Assembly: GCF_009914755.1 (NCBI RefSeq) | Contig: NC_060937.1 | Source of the DNA: the human T2T-CHM13v2.0 reference genome, Homo sapiens | Length of the DNA: 64,000 nt | Reading direction: 5' to 3' (one strand) | Shown here: positions 46,333 to 59,237 of the stretch, piece by piece | Layout: each line of letters opens with the position of its first letter | How positions within the stretch are numbered: the stretch's first letter is position 1 | Notes under the pieces: generated by a model | The model's database searches: none | Seen by the model: the letters and a program-made list of their open reading frames with translations, nothing else | Told to the model about the DNA's origin: nothing | Program-made: the position numbers and the translations under genes

Positions 46333-47502
46333 TTATGGAATTTATGTTAGCTGGATATTAGTCTCAGTCTCTATAATTTTATAAAAAGTTGAGTTCCAAA
46401 GTAAGTTACATTTTTTTTTCAGACATATTTGTTTAGACCAGTAAACTGAGGCTAAATTTAATTAGCAGCATCTTACTATGCATATTGACATACCCAGCAG
46501 TAACACCTTCATGTATGCAGCTTTTCTCTGATCTCTGCTCTTAACGAAGAAAGAACTCTTTATATGTGCCAAGACTGGTACAGGGTAACAAGTGGGAGTA
46601 TTTTTCCCCTCTCACAATGATAGGAGAAAATAATTGGCAGGATCTCTGGTGTGACCTCCCTCTTCACAGGTGTTGTTCAGCACTCCCGACAACCTTGAAC
46701 TGGGTGTCGCTATTCTTATTCTGGCGGTTTCTTTTTTTACTGAGTTCTTATGCAACTTTGGCAGTGGAAAAGAATAAGCATGTTGATGGGTCCAGGAGAG
46801 CAGTGTGTGAGATCCATTGGCTAAAAGTGGAATGTTCTCAATTAACTTTTTATTCACAGAGACAGCCAATGCTGGTGTGGCCATCAGAGCACTCTAGGAC
46901 TACGCCCTCATTCTATAGCTATGTAAAGAAACTGAGTTCCAGAAAGGCAAGCAGTTCGCCCTCGAAATGTGGCCCTTCTCCTGAGTTCCTTAGGTCATAT
47001 AGTGAGACTATTATCTACTTCATTCTCTGGCCAGAAACCAGGAAGCGCACTCATTTCCACACCTCTTTTTCCCTAGGTGTGCCTTCAAGTCCTCTTTTCT
47101 TCTACCTTTTTAATCTCCAACTTATCCGTTTTTTAGCTAGAGCCCTCAATTTCTGAATTATTCCAATATCACGTATCACCCTGCATGCCGTCCTGTGTTC
47201 TGTTGACTGGGATTTCCCTGGCTCTTAGATGAGCACCCTCAGCAAAGCACCAACTTCTATCTTCTTGTTAGTCCTGCTCAACTAGTTAAGCAGCTGAACG
47301 ATTTCTGGAGGCAAAGCTCACTGGCATAAGGTCATCCGCTTTCATGCATTCTCTCCATCCATAACTGTCCAAAGTCAGCCCTTCTTCACCCCCTCCTCTT
47401 CCCCTTCTCATCCCCGTTGAGACCTCATCCTCAGCTCCCAGAAGACCTGCACTTGTGTACCCCTCTCTCCAGATCTTTATATTTTCTTCATTTCCATCTT
47501 AT

Positions 47503-48112
47503 TGTTATAGGAGTTACTAAGAAATTATTTTCGGCAGATAGTTAGGAAAAGGGGTCCTGGGGAAGTTTTTGTTTCTTTTAAAGCAGCTCCAGAAACATTT
47601 CTTGTCTAGCAGGAAAGCCACCTTTGACATGCAAATGCTGGCTGTTAGAAACTGGGTCCACCCAAACATGGCGATTCCTGCTGCCTTCTTCTTGCCCTTG
47701 GCCTACATGTGCCTGTCAACATGGCTGCCCCCACATATCCCCACGTGTGTAGAACATCATGGTGCCCTGCATTTCCATATTACAAGAGTAGGGTGGGAGG
47801 GCCAGTTTTTTCTAGGGCTACGTGAATGACATGCCTGGTTAAACCAATCTCCTGAGCCCTATGCAAATCAGACCACCTCCTCATATAACTGGCTGGTTTC
47901 CACCCTGCAGTAGGAGTTTCCTCTCTTGGCTTTGGAGCCTCCCCTCCCTCTGTCTCTGTACAGGGAGCTTCTTCCTTCTGTCTTCTCCCTTCTTTCTTGC
48001 CTGTTAAACTTTCCGCTCCTTAAAACCACTCCATGTGTGTCTGTGTCGTTTTATCAAAACTGGTGCGAGGACCAAGAACCCTGGTGTTCCTCCACTCATC
48101 AGAGCTGTATCA
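47503..48112 (+). mobile_element. ERV1 solo LTR, LTR9/MER61 (HUERS-P3) group
   Basis: TG...CA ends, 610 bp, 4-bp TSD ttat; starts tgttataggagttactaagaaattattt; CCAAT at 47844, TATA-like catataa at about 47882. Confidence 0.8.
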
Positions 48113-48479
48113 TTATTATAGTCTGAGGAGATGGTGCTCTTCTTCCTAATCATAGAGCCAACTTTTATCATCATGGAGGCTTCACCTAATTGTCCATGGT
48201 ATAGTTATTGCAGCTGATTGAAGCCAGAGCTATGACCCTTCTCAAATCTTCTTATCTTTAGTTCTGGCCTAAAAATTTGAGCATATGCAACTTATTTTTT
48301 CTCTTGGCACAAAGTTTCTTGGTTACCTTTAAAAATCGGCCCACTAAACATACATTTGACTGTCTTAACTTCTATGCCGCTTATATACACCTGCTTAATT
48401 GTGTCTATTCCTTAAAATTTAATCAACCATTGTCATCATCCTTATATAGGCCACCAGAATGTCTCTCTCTCATGTATGA

Positions 48480-49000
48480 TCATGTTTTCCCCTCGTTTAA
48501 AATTACTCTATGGTTTTTAAATTACTTATGGCTAAATACTAAACCAAATGCACCGCATGCTCATCTCAGTCTACTTCTGGCCAAACTTTCAGTCCTCATT
48601 TCTCACTGCTCTCCTGAACACAGCTTTCTTCTGGGTATTTCCAGTGTTTACTACAGTGCAAACCACCTAATAAATACTCAAAATAATGGTGATATCCGCC
48701 CTAAGCCATTTATACTTCTAATAAATCATGTTCTCTTTGCCCCTGTACATTTTTTCCTTGTCTAATACCCCTGCAATTTCTCTTCCTCCTCATCCGCTTG
48801 ACTGTCTAGGCTGAACTCCAGAGGGCCTCCCCTGGGGACCCCTCCTACCTAATGTCTCTCTAACAAAGTGTCCTTCTGTATTCCCACATCTCTTCTGTAG
48901 CACTTTGTGTTGAAATTGTTTGCCTGTCTGCATTAGACCACGACAGTATTTGTTTAGTTCATCTTTGTATGTCATGCCCTGCACGTTAGCAGCCACAGAA
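48480..49000 (+). mobile_element. Diverged L2 fragments
   Basis: tttaaaattactctatggttttt...cttctggccaaactttcagtcctcatttctcactgctctcc...catctttgtatgtc. Confidence 0.5.
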
Positions 49001-49093
49001 TGAGCATATATTTTTGGATGGGGCATAGTTTTTATTTTTTTATTTTCATTTTGTCTCACCTTTGGCATAAGTTGGTATAATCTAGAAGTCTTT

Positions 49094-49379
49094 TCTTTAG
49101 AGACAGGGTCTCAGTTTGTGGCCCACGATGAGTGCACTGGTGTGATCATAGCTCACTGCTGCCTCGACTTCCTGGGTTCAAGGAATCCTCCTGCCTCAGC
49201 TACCTGAGTAGCTGATACTACAGGCGCGTGCCACCATACCCGGCTAATTTTTAAATTTTTCATTGAGACCAGATCTCACCATCTTTCCCAGGCTGGTCTC
49301 AAACTCCTGGGCTCAAGCTATCCTCCCTCCTTGGCCTCCCAAAATGCTGAGATTACAGGCTTGAGCCACTGTGCCTGGC
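49094..49379 (-). mobile_element. AluJ
   Basis: gatcatagctcactgc, ctcctgggctcaag; TSD ataatctagaagtcttt / ataatctggaagtcttt. Confidence 0.93.
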
Positions 49380-52300
49380 ATAATCTGGAAGTCTTTAGAA
49401 TGACCATGCTTACTATGAACTCTTGTCCAAAAAACATCCTCTCTCCCCTTCCACTCCAGGAAGATACTGCCAAGGCGCTCCTTCTGACATCTACATGCCA
49501 GTCTGGGAGAAATAAAATGTATCCCTCTGCTACCAGTCTGATGATTACACTTCTTGCAGAGTTCTATAAGGGAGGATACTTCTCATGATTCAGGTCTTTG
49601 TCTCTCTTAGTTTACTCCTGGACAGTGGCTTCATTGTTACCAAATAAAGCTACCAAGCAGATCTCTTTATAGGGTAGGCCCATGTTAAATCTCAAACAAT
49701 CAAATAAATTTATCCTCAGGAGACCATACCTCCATATATATATTTCCATATGTATATACGTGCATATGTAAATGTACATATTCACATATATGTGTATAAC
49801 TCTATATCTAATCAGTGTATATATTTAAATGTTCAGAACACTATAACAATATAGATGTTCATTATTATAGAGAATGCAAGTAGTAGGCTATCTAGCTTTT
49901 TATTACAAGAGACTTACTTCTTAGAAACAGTTTCCAAATATATTGAGCATTGTTGGATGACTTTTTTGCCCTTCTCCATTATAAAAATGATGATAGAATT
50001 TAAAAGTTAGAATTTCTATGAGATGAGAGGTGGTGTGCATTACGTTATATTGCTTACTAAAACTCTAATTTGACTTATGAAAACTACAGATAAAACATGT
50101 ACCCTGGATTTTAAGAAAACACATCAAAGAGCAGCCCCAGGTTGGACAGTAATTTTTATTTTGGCCCTTTCCCCATATTTATGCCTTATGTTCCAAAGAC
50201 CCAACTAGTTGTTTTATGTGGAACTTGCCCTTCTGACCTCAAACAAATGTTTTGCTCAATGGCAGGTCAGTGAATTTGGAAACATGCTCTCCAAGAGATG
50301 GGTAGTTCTTATAAATGAGTTGGCTTGAACAGAGTCATTTTTTGGGGGGATATACAATTGGCTTTTTATCAGTTTTATGACCCTATTTGATAGACTGTTA
50401 CTTTCTTTTTTCCCACTGGTATTTGCCATAGGAACTTTTATGATTTGTTTTGAGACTTATTTAAAAACATGTCTATTCATCTGAACAGAACATTGATGTT
50501 CGTGAAAAATCTCACTGTCGTTGACTTTTTATAGAATTATTGTGAGATCTGTTTATTTTCAGATAAAGATGTCTTTAAACATTTTGTATTGAATACAGAC
50601 CCCTGCTTGCCTATCTCTGTGCTTTTATTCTAGCTGGGATTTCAATGACTATTGAGTATTTTTTCCATACCCTGGAGACAGGCCATCTCTCTTTCATTCT
50701 TTAGTACAAATATTTATCAGTTTCACAAGAAGTTGAGATGATTGTCTTGAGCATATAAATTGCCCCAGAGGTTTCTGGCTAACTTGCCTATAGAAACTGT
50801 GCCTATGATTAATAAGCAATTATGCTGTAGCAATATTTTCTTTGCTGAGAAAAAGGCAGTAACTGTCCCTGCTCATTATGAAATAGATGTGGCCAAAAGT
50901 GCAGTTGTAGCCTGTCATAGAACATTTGGCACCTCTGCTAAAGAGGTGAAATTATGATACTAGAAAAACAGTCTGGGCGGGTATCAAATATGCTGGTGTT
51001 AGACAAACACTTGGCTGTGGCTTGTGAAGTCCTAATGGGTGCCCTTCAAACCCCTATGTGAAGGCCTCAGTTGGAATCAGTTTTTGCCGTGTCAAAAGAC
51101 CAACCAATATTACAGAAGCAGATTTAGTCTCTCATGAAAGCAGCTAGACCTCAGCTAGTTTATTTCTAACTTTTTCCATGTTTCATAGAACAGTATTACC
51201 TCATTAAAAATCATGTGTAATAGTATTACACATTAAAAATTTAATGTGTAATGTAATTTAATGTGTAATAGTATTACACATTAAAAATCAGCCAGTGTTA
51301 GGGGGACAAAGGATGGGTAGATGGTAGTCACATTACCTATTTTTCTACTATTGAAATAAATAAATCCAATGATGTTGATATAGATAACATAATTTTACCC
51401 TTAAAAAAAGCCAAAATATATTTTTATTTTGAATTTCCAGTATTGGCAAGACTGGTTTTGCATCTCTTTGTTTCAGTTTCGCTGTAGTCTAAAGGTTAAG
51501 GCATAGTCATGTTATCCAATCTTGAGTGTTCATACCAAATCTATAAAATGTAAAATGCTTTATCTTAGCTTTCCAAGCAAGGGTATTAATTTAATTCAGA
51601 TGCTGCACTTCAGGATTTTAGCGAAATATTGAAGTTTGAATTCTCTGCTCAAGCCTCATTAGTAGTGATTAGGTAACACAAATGCATCTCTGATTTATGC
51701 ATGTCTAAAAATGATTATGAAAAGCCATCTTGTGCAGAGTTGATTGTTTTTATGTACAGTTTTGTCCTTCTAGGCCATCTTCTTCAAACACTGTAATCAA
51801 ATTGTCCACCTTTGGGATATAGCACTGGCAGACTGCTTGTACGCTGCAAATTAACATTATAGATATGGTTCTAGAAATTGAGAAGATAGATATTTTTGTG
51901 ATAATGAGAGGTTGGGATTAAATGTACAGAAAAGGAAATTTATACTAGGAGGTTTTTCCTTTTTTTAAGATACTATAAATTTCTAAATGAATTCCTGACA
52001 TTTGGAAATGTTTTGATAGTCCTTCATTTGTATAAAGCTTTATGTGTAGCAGCCTCATTGACTTGTTTTTGTTTAGTCTGGTTTTTATGTGATCGTTTTT
52101 ACCTCTGTTGAATTGGCGAAAAATAATTTAACATTTTACCAAGGCTTTAGCTGGCACAAGAAAACTCTGAATCCAGCCAGGAATTTTTCTGTGGCCTAAT
52201 TTTCACATTGCAATGAACATAAAATTTGCATCTTGTTTTATTTTTCACTCTCTTTACTGGTATTTGTGTAATGCAGAATTAAATTTTGTGGAGCATTAAC

Positions 52301-53001
52301 TAACCAAGGAGAACATAACCCTCAGCACATCTATATGGTAAACCTGTTAAATTCATAGAGATTCAGAACTTGAGGGTAAATAGCTGTCTTTTGGAACAAT
52401 ATTGAGTTTGTGCTCCAAACAAATGACACCACTGAGCAGCAGGAACTCAAGTGTTGAAGGAGACATTTTTCTTACTCCAAGAAATTACAAAGTTCTCCTT
52501 TTTTCCCTTAAAAGATTGACAAAAATCCATTGACATGAAATAATTTAGCTTACTTTTAATATTTTGGAGGCAGACTGCAAATTAAATATGCAATCACAAA
52601 TCCAATTTTCAATGTCATTCAAATTTTCTTTTCAAAAATGTGAATTTTAAGAAAATTATATTAGCTTTCTGATTTTTTTTTTCAATTACCAACAGTTCTA
52701 TCAGGAATCACAAAAGTCTTGTGTCTTAAAATAATCTACATTTTTCTAATATGCAATTAAGGGAACTGTTAGATTATTTAGGGAAATATGGCTGCTCCCA
52801 GGTCTTGGAGAAGTTCTTTTATGCCTGGCTATTAATTTTCTTTTGGCACCTATTCTTCTATGTTTTTTATTTCCATACCCTGGAGTATGGAATTCCTCTA
52901 TGTTTTTTAAGACATTCCTCTATGTTTTTTATTTCCCCCCCAGGGTGGGTTAGAGAATCCGTAGGAACTTTCTACCCTACTACCTGGGAGGAATTGCATG
53001 A

Positions 53002-53657
53002 TGAAATTTTACCGTGCTTGCAAGCTAACAGGTTACTCTGCCATAGTTTTATGGATGCTGGCAAGAGACATGAGACCCTTGGGTCAGAGACTCATGGCAT
53101 GACAGGTGCCATGAGCTTTGGGGTTGCCCCTCTACCTCCAAGTCCCATGGAGGAGATGAGGAGTACCCTAGGTAGATGCTGTGCACACAAGGATTTGTGA
53201 CACAGCTAAGGATCCCTGAGCATAAGAAAATCCCAGTATTTTACAATGGACCATGTGTAAACCAGACCAACCATTGCCCTGGAGGAAAATGCTCTTTTTA
53301 AAAAAAAAAAAAAAAGAAAAAAAGATTTAGAGAGTACGAGTACATTCTTGCTACGTGGATATATTGTGCTGTGGTAAAGTCTGGGCTTTTATAGTAACCA
53401 CATCCAAATAGGGTAAATTGTACTCAATAAGTAATTTGTTATCCCTCACCCCTCTCCAACTCTCTCACCTTTTGGAGTCTCCAATGGCTATTATTCCACT
53501 TTGTAAGTCCATGTGTACACATTGTTTGCTATAAAAAAGGAAGATACTATCTTTATCTTCTAAGACTGTTTGTCACACAAACACCCTTGAAAGATTAGGC
53601 CAGCACAAAAGCTGCTATAAGATGTGCAGAAACACCGTGGAGAACCATCTCTCAACA
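53002..53657 (-). mobile_element. LTR40-like ERVL LTR split by an L1 fragment
   Basis: cttgcaagctaac...atggatgctggcaagagacatgagac...gggtcagaga...gtgcagaaa...ggagaaccatctctcaaca matches the reverse complement of recalled LTR40. Confidence 0.75.
53294..53532 (-). mobile_element. L1PB/L1MA 3'-terminal fragment
   Basis: ggatatattg...gtggtaaagtctgggctttt...ggagtctccaatggctattattccact...gtccatgtgtacacat; degenerate TSD ggaaaatgct / ggaagatact. Confidence 0.8.
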
Positions 53658-55337
53658 GCCAAGTGAAAATAACCAGGCCGTGCCTCAATATGCCTTTCCC
53701 TAGGTAGTACACCCATGGTGTCCTTTCAGTAGCATTGAAGGAAGCAAAAAACGGGTTCTAGGGTAGAATTATTATTGAAGCTACAAGCCATTTTATTAGC
53801 TACTGGTTACTTTGCTCATTCAGAAAGCTTCAAAGTCACCATACGCCTGGAAATCAAATGGACAGCAAGACTAGGATTACATCACAGCACTGCTTAGTAC
53901 ATAACACCCCTTCTTTTCGCCAACTCTGAATAATCTGAAAAATTTAAATATTTCTTGGCTAACTTTTGCTGGCAGTAATGAAGAGAGTCAAGTTTGATCA
54001 AAACATTGATATGGAAAAGGGTTTCTTAAGGAGAACTACACTTCCATTTCTGGGTCTTCTCCCCTTTATCTTATCCTCCTTACCTTGCCCTGTTGGTCAT
54101 CATTGGAAGGAATTGTATAAGATTCTTGAAAGAAGTTGACACAAAAGGGGAAGAATCTCTCCCTTCTCCCTCCACCACTCCCCCACCCCTAGCTTACCCT
54201 TGGCCTTCTGAGTCCAGGGTTTCCGCTGTCTTAATATTGGCTTTGTGGGCAGTAGATGTTGTCAAGATTGAATATGTTGCACTGGGCCTTTTCATGGAGC
54301 CTGTGGATTAAGGGTCTGGAATTTAGGGCATATATTAGGAACTGAATGTGCCTTAGTTCTGGGCCATCAGTGAAATCATAGTGGGGTCTGTGCTGATGCG
54401 GACCAGCCATGGGGGAGTAGGATTTGAGACCTTTGCTTTTTCAATGTGAGTATGAGAGTGACTATGTATAATAGCAATCATTGATTTTGGGGATAATTTA
54501 ATGAAAAATGTAGTACTATGAAAATTTGATTTTGCTGTGTAAACCTAACATTAATTGTAGTCATTTAAGTGAACGACTTAGCATTTATCTCCAATTACCA
54601 TGCAGCACAATGATTATTCATAATACTAACTATATGTCAGATCAATGTTTTTAAGTTGCATTGATTATAACACTAAAATCTGCTCATGTGTGATGCTGTC
54701 TTCACTTGGAAGGGCGTTTGCTGAAGGAGCAGAGCTTTCTACTTACAACTTAAAACATTTAGTTTTTTTTAATGGATGGAGAGACTCATTTGCATTAGAA
54801 AAGTCAGATTTGCAGTCTGTTTGACTGTGAGTCACTATAGACAGTAGAAGAACCCTCAGATCATGAGGATGGTGGTTAGGAATAGGAGCACTGACATTTT
54901 AAGACTTTGAGTCTAAAAACTGATTATGTGGTTCACTTCTTGTTTTATTTTTGCCACTTCTGTTATTACCAGGGAATGATATTATTGAACTCTAAAAAAA
55001 AAAAACATACGCCTTTATGCCAGCCAAGCAGAAGAGTATACAATATCTTTGATATGCTGAAAGAAATTGAAGTTAAATGAATTACTGTGTCTGGGAGGGT
55101 GAGTGATGTAAATTCCTCCCCTTTTCTGCTTTCTGAATCAGGACTCAGCTTCTATATTTTTGTCTGTCCATCTGACTACTAATTTTACCAGTGTGTCTTA
55201 ACCAAGATCATTTTGTGTTAAGATTTAATGATTTGGCATGATGTTAAAATGTAGTAAAATTAAGCAAGGACTCTTAAGAGGGAAGTAGATCCCAATAAGT
55301 ATTAGTTGCGGAAAATAATGTTTTCACCACTACAAGG

Positions 55338-55727
<390 letters not shown>

Positions 55728-58700
55728 TAATTGATAGATAAAACAAAATTAAAGGCAATTAGGCAAAAATTTAAAGCAATAAGGCTTGAACTTGAATAAG
55801 TGGCTACATTTAGTACTTTGAGTACAGTTTTAATATAGAAGTTTGATAGTTAAATAATTTAGAATTTTGACTTTATTGTAAACCAGTGTGAACTATTTAT
55901 TCATATTCAGGTTGTTAGCTAAAGACTTTACAACAGTTTCAAACTCTTTGATGCTGGCTCTATAATGGAAACAGAAAGCCTGTGCTTTTGTGAAACAGAG
56001 GTAGCCAGGCCAGTGGAATTACTGTGAAAAAATGACCGAATGTCTTTCAAAAGCTGATGGTTAAACCTAGGCCTCTTGAGTTGAGTATTCACAATTTCTT
56101 AAGTTGTTCCTGGTACAGTGATGAAGCTATGCTATCCTTTGTGAAGAGTCAATTTCATTGAGTGCTTTTTATTATGTGTATGTTTAGTTGGACAATGGAA
56201 TTATAAAAACTCAGCTCTTCCAGGTAAACTTTTAGAAGGACAAACGTATTTCTTTGTCTTTTTATTTAGGTGTAGTAGAATGACTACAGTAGGTATTCCA
56301 GGAATAGAATTACTGTATAATCACTGCTTTGTTATAATTACTGTTGTGTAATACTCAAGAAAACTAGATTGATCTAGCTGTATAATCTGCATCTTGACCC
56401 TTTGTGAGAAATCATTTCTGCTGTGTAAAACTGAAGAAGAGTAGATTAATCAGAACATGCATTTTCTATTTATAATCAATTTTCAGATGAGACACAGTGG
56501 TCTCAGTTTATCTAGATTTGAATATCCAGTAGCCCTCTACCCCAATTACATGAATTACTGATGTGCAAATGCATTTTCCTAAGTTGTAAGTAAATACATT
56601 TTTCTTAGGGATAAGTTATACAAAATTTAATCTTATTTATACATTCTGCTAATATCTATCATGTATATCTGTTACACATGCCCTTAAAATATCAGCCCTG
56701 ATGGCCTTAGATTTTAAGTTCCTAGAAGATAGTTTCACTTCTACTTTATTATGAAGTTAGCTGAGAAAGTGATCTAATATTGGGGCTTTGCAGAAACATG
56801 TTTCTCCCCAGTTATGGTATTTATGCTGAGGTTTTCTTGCTCTAATCTTCTTTTTCCAATAATTTCATTTATGTGGAATTTATAAAACTTTACTTATATT
56901 TACATCTACTTTGTTTAAATAAGTCATGGATTTTACTGTGTAGTCTTGATGCTAAATATCTTTTTCTTTCTCCGATTAAGTATTTGTTGCTGTCCAGAGT
57001 TCTTCTTTGGAAAATATAGTCATTATGCATATTTAAAATGCATATTTATAAGATAAATTAATCTTTCTGAACTTTTACTATAGCAATCCTTAGCATGTGC
57101 AAACGATTTTAAATTTCTAGAATTTTAATTGTAATATTTTAATGCAGTAGTAAAATAATAGGTAAAAAATATTGATCTATATGACTTCAAGTTCTATCAG
57201 TTTTAGGGAGGCTGATTACAATTGGCTGAATGACCCTCATTAGAATCCCTGCTCTTATATTGTTTTTACTCTGAAGTATATTTCAGTGGACAAACACTTA
57301 TTCTTTTAATAGAAAATTTATGTTACTTGAATGTAGCTAGATTGACATTTACCTTTAAAATACTTAATGGAAGCAGTTTGCTTAAGTTATAAAAATGCTT
57401 AATGTCCCAAACCTTAAGATGCCAGGATGGACTACTTTAAGACAACCCCAACCTCAAACAATATAAAATTACTCATCTTAACTCTCAACTTCTAGCTTCT
57501 CAGGTGGGAGAAAGAGAAAAATTGTTATTTGCTTGGTGACAATGTGGCAGTTACATAAATGTGATGCACAAAGTGAACACATAAATAGTATTTCAGAAAC
57601 AGAAAATCATCCAAGTCCCTGTTGATTATTGTATAGGTACTAGACATTTTAATGGAATTGCTTCTTAATTACTGAACTCTCTTTGATAGCCATGAAAAAA
57701 AATTGGATTGGACAGTATTGATTCCAAGCACTTCTGTTCCTCTTTAGGGAAATTCTGAGCTGGCAAAACACATACAGATGGGCAGACAAGACTGCTTAGT
57801 TTGCCCTCTGCTGAATTTGATCAATAGGAACATATTTCTGTATCAAGGAGAAGTGGCTGTGTTAATTTAGACCTGGAAATCTCATCATTAGATACTCTTG
57901 AGTAAGAAGATTTAAAATATTTTACTTAAGATATAAATTGCATGTAGGCATTTTTTTTCCAAGAAAACTTGTTTTCCTTTTTCTTCTTTTTTTACAATCA
58001 TGTCACCTGTTTCATTGAGTTTTTTTATTTTTTCCTCATTAAGAAGGCTAAGAGTCTATACTACTGGGTTCGGTAGCTAGTGGATAAGCCTCCTATTCTA
58101 CTAGATAACTTTTTTCTTTCCAGTAGTATTGCATGTAGTTTTAGGAACCGGGGAGGAAATAGGATTAACAAAAGATAAGACCCAATTTGCCTACTAACGT
58201 GTAGTATCTTTTCTTCTATTGTTACCCAGGTAAACACAATTCCTGCTTTGTATTCTGTATTCCCATACTGTGGTCTTACCTTCATTCATTCCAAAAGCAT
58301 TTACTAAGTCCTATGCTCAAGGGTAATGGTTGAAAACCTGGAGTCAAGAATATACTGGATATTAGGAATGCCAAATTCTGTTTTTCTGTTTTAAGCATTT
58401 ATTTATGTAATCATATTGCTAGTTAAAAAAAAAAGAGAGAGAGAGAAAGACGAAGTGTATGGATTGGTTGCACTACATCCGATTTGTGATGCTTCCATCT
58501 TATTACAAAATATCCAGAGAAGTTTTTCTTAGATATTTTCTGCTCAGTTCTTTTAATGGAGCCATTTCTCTCTTTGAGTTCAGACTCACTCAAAAGGGTC
58601 AGAAGTAATGGAGAAGGAACAAAGCCTTAGCAAGCAGCTGCATTTCATAGTCAAGGTGCTCTGATTCTGATTTGACTTTCTTTTTTAACATTTGGAATAG

Positions 58701-58937
58701 GTTCTAAGGGACTGTCCTGCCTACCTCATCTGTTACATTTGTCAAGTTCTCAAGACAAAAAAAAAAAAAAAGAATGGTCTTTGAACTGCAGTTTGAGATT
58801 TGAAATTCATAGATCATATGTCCATTTTTTGCTATATGTTTTCTGAGGGAGCTGGGACATTATTAAAACCACCTGGGAACTGGATACTGCATGAGACACT
58901 GATAAAAATGAAGAGGTTTGTAAGAAAGAGGTGATAT

Positions 58938-59237
58938 GGTTGGGTGTGGTGGCTCACGCCTATAATCCCAGCACTTTGGGAGGCCAATGGGGGTGTGGAT
59001 CACCTGAGGTCAGGAGTTCGAGACCAGCCTGGCAAACATGGTGAATCCCCGTTTGTACTAAAAATACAAAAATTAGCTGGGCATGGTGGCATGCTCCTGT
59101 AATCCCAGCTACCTGGGAAGCTGAGACAGGAGAATTGTTTGAACTCTGGAAGTGGAGGTTGCAGTGAGCCGAGATTGTGTCACTACTCTCCAGCCTGGGC
59201 GACAGAGCAAGACTGTCTAAAAAAAAAAAAAAAAAAA
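58938..59237 (+). mobile_element. AluSx-like
   Basis: ggatcacctgaggtcaggagttcgagacc; TSD aaagaggtga. Confidence 0.95.

Noticed and set aside
46566-47156. Longest ORF (196 aa)
   Set aside because: GTG start, no recognisable domain, and the 3' part runs into L2-like sequence. One ORF of this length is plausible by chance in 64 kb across six frames.
48277-48765. 162-aa ORF
   Set aside because: TTG start, low-complexity Leu/Phe/Ser composition, overlaps L2-like sequence
50662-52885. Exact 16-mer tttccataccctggag at 50662 and 52870
   Set aside because: About one such match is expected by chance in 64 kb, and the flanks show no extended homology
52751-53200. 149-aa ATG-started ORF
   Set aside because: Spans a local triplication and an LTR40 fragment; no domain recognised
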